In this document: positions 35,439 through 37,715 of the stretch, piece after piece
How positions within the stretch are numbered: position 1 is the stretch's first letter
How the letters are laid out: the number at the start of each line of letters is the position of its first letter
From: Toensbergia leucococca
Taxonomy: Eukaryota
Direction: 5' to 3'
Assembly: GCA_022813965.1 (NCBI GenBank)
Contig: JALDZS010000212.1
Coordinates: 1 to 37,715 of the forward strand
Length of the DNA: 37,715 bases
Made by a program: the position numbers and the translations under genes
Notes under the pieces: model-generated
Seen by the model: the letters and a program-made list of their open reading frames with translations, nothing else
Told to the model about the DNA's origin: nothing
Databases searched by the model: none

Positions 35439-36454
35439 AATGGTGATACTGAGAGATTGAATGACTTCTACGCTCTGTCCAGAGAGTCCATCTCTTACCA
35501 ATTGAAGTCATTATTGAACGCCACAAATACGAAAAAAGATTGTAGACTCTCTATTCGACTTTGATAGGCTTTGATATGTCATGCAATGGAAGCAGTCAAT
35601 CTTTTCGGATAGGAATGCGCACGTTGAGGTGATGAGAAAGTACCACGTCGGCTTTATTTGGGAGATTGTAATCTTCCATCGCATTTATTTGATAGGAATG
35701 AAAACGCTTGATGTACCGCGAAGAAACGATTCAAAACGAAAGACTTTTGACTGTCAAAAGACCTTCTGAACATACCGAAACCCCATCCACACACAACAAT
35801 CGGATCCTAAAAATTAGTGCCACGCAGCCAGAGAAAACTCCATTCCCACACACACCCCTCTACGAATACTAAAAGCAAACAAACATTCACACACCTTCTC
35901 TTCCCACCAAAACACAAATCTGTCCCGTTGCAAATGAATTTCCCCAGCTTCCTGGAGCAGCATGGCGGAGCCGGGGGGTAAGTTATCTCAACGTTTCCCG
36001 TTTTTGGGGGGATGTTCAGTCTTCCCTCCACTTTCCCCTCCAGATGAAACAACCCATTGAGTGCGCTGAGGCGGGGATAGTTGGAGTGAATATGGAGGGT
36101 TGTGTTTTATGATGGGGAGAAAGGAAGGAAGGAGGCGAGGGAGTTTTGAAGTGGTGGAGGGTAGGGAGCTAGGTTGGATTGGGGTTAGGGTGGGTGGCTA
36201 GTGGCCGAAGGGTCTTTTGCTTTGTTTCATTTTGTGGGACCGAGGGACAAACAGTCATGAACTTTAATTGCCTCGAGTACATCAACACAGATAGAGTACT
36301 CATATTTCCCTTCACTCCCATATATTTGTTTCTTCCTGTCTTTCAAGCCTTCACCTTTAGTATCATCTCAACATCCTGCAAACATCAAGCTTTAAAGAAA
36401 GCATCTTCAAATTCACCTCAAGTCAACCCCACTTGTACCCCTCAAACACCAAAC

Positions 36455-37321
36455 ATGCCGCCAGGAGGAGCAAGTCGAGGACGCGGAGGGAAATTCAGCA
36501 AGCCACAACGAGGAGGTAATCAAATCCCGCTATATTCACCACGACTGCCATCATCTAATATATCTCTTAGGTGGGAAGCGCTTTAGCAAGAACCTGACCC
36601 CTCTCGATGCAGATGGCAATCCTGTGGGCATGTGGGGAGTAAGTCACCTGCCACCCTCCAAAACACCCAACCTCCTCTAACGGCCAACCCCAAGGAACCC
36701 CGCGAACCAAAAGCAGAATCCTCCTCAGAGGAAGAAGACTCCTCTGAAGAATCTTCCTCAGAAGAAGATCCCTCCGCCCCGGCCCTAACCCGCGAACAAC
36801 GCCGCGCCGACGCCAAAGCCAAAAAAGAAGCAGCCATCAAACGCAAATCCCAGAAAGCCACCGCTCCAGGTGACCTCCCCTCCTCATCCTCAGAAGAAGA
36901 ATCCGAAGACTCAGACACCGCCCCCGCCAACCCCAACCACACGGCCAAATCGCGCTCCCAAGCCTCAGCCGTCCCCGTCGCCCCGGACACGCCCGCCTCC
37001 TCCTCCAAAGCCGCAAAAGCAAAACCCCTCTCCCAGCTCTCCCGTCGTGAGAGAGAAGCCTTGCAGGCGCAGCAGGCGAAAGAACGCTATCAGAAATTAC
37101 ATGCCGAGGGGAAGACGGATGAGGCCAAGGCGGATCTGGCACGCTTGTCGCTGATCAAGGAGAAGAGGGAGATGGAGGCTGCGAGGAAGAAGGCGGAGAA
37201 GGAGGAGAGGGAGGCGGCGGAGAAGGAGCGGGTGGCGAGGGAGGATACGAAGGAGAAGGCTAAGAGGGAGGCAGCTATGGGTGGGGGTGGTGGTGCGAAG
37301 GGGGGGAAGAAGAAGGCTTAG
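36455..37321 (+). CDS. PP28/PDAP1 (casein kinase substrate phosphoprotein) family protein (251 aa, 3 exons)
   Basis: Exons 36455-36515, 36571-36638, 36695-37321. RGG N-terminus ([20 protein letters not shown]), acidic Ser tracts, and PP28 core [37 protein letters not shown]. Confidence 0.9.
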
Positions 37322-37512
37322 TTGTTGTTGGTCGTTTTTTGCAAATGAGTATTTGATTTGAGATGTGGTCATGACGGAGCTCATGAGAGCGAGATTTTGC
37401 ACACAAATACGGAATAGATGGATTATCGATTTGCTTGGAAGTAGGCGTTGCAAATAGCCCATGCGTGCGAGAACTTTGACTCTGGTATTTGATTCTTGAT
37501 CCTTTTTGCAAC

Positions 37513-37715
37513 TCCACCCCCCCCCCCCCTTTTTTTTTTGTGGCGAGACTGCAATGTTTTGACACTTTTTCTTTTTTGCTTCTTTTTTTTCTTTTTTCGC
37601 ACGTTATTTTTGTGCACCGGACTTGTCGTTTTGGTACGAGTAGGGGGGCTCGTTTTTCTGGTTTTTTTTTTTTTTTTTTTTTTTGCGAATCAGTGTGGGG
37701 TGGTGTTGGGGTGGT
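37513..37715. repeat. Homopolymer-rich low-complexity tract (poly-C, poly-T)
   Basis: A C run followed by several T runs, including more than 20 T near 37662-37684. Confidence 0.8.

Overview
Eukaryotic, intron-rich DNA from a filamentous ascomycete (Pezizomycotina, inferred from the gene families and GT/GC-AG introns with CTRAC branch sites). I reconstructed 12 protein-coding genes by hand, and each spliced length is a multiple of 3. The left part holds conserved genes: UNC-50/Gmh1-like, FHA protein SNIP1/Pml1, Sec7-PH ARF-GEF Syt1, a secreted alpha/beta-hydrolase, a ~2 kb low-complexity block and the histone acetyltransferase Spt10. The centre holds an NLR-like gene (alpha/beta-hydrolase + NB-ARC) with a probable short, hydrolase-only isoform. 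Next comes a compact four-gene cassette (24.2-33.1 kb, orientation + - + -): kinase-HeLo-like-pseudokinase, a 65-aa three-exon microprotein the ORF track does not show correctly, kinase-SEL1/TPR, and a CorA-like two-TM protein. The last two genes share overlapping stop codons, and an AT-rich decayed stretch borders the cassette on the right. This cassette is the best candidate for an undescribed fungal immunity or cell-death system. The right end has a Gre2-like NAD(P)-dependent reductase and a PP28/PDAP1-family gene. All family calls come from motif recognition by eye; no database search was run.
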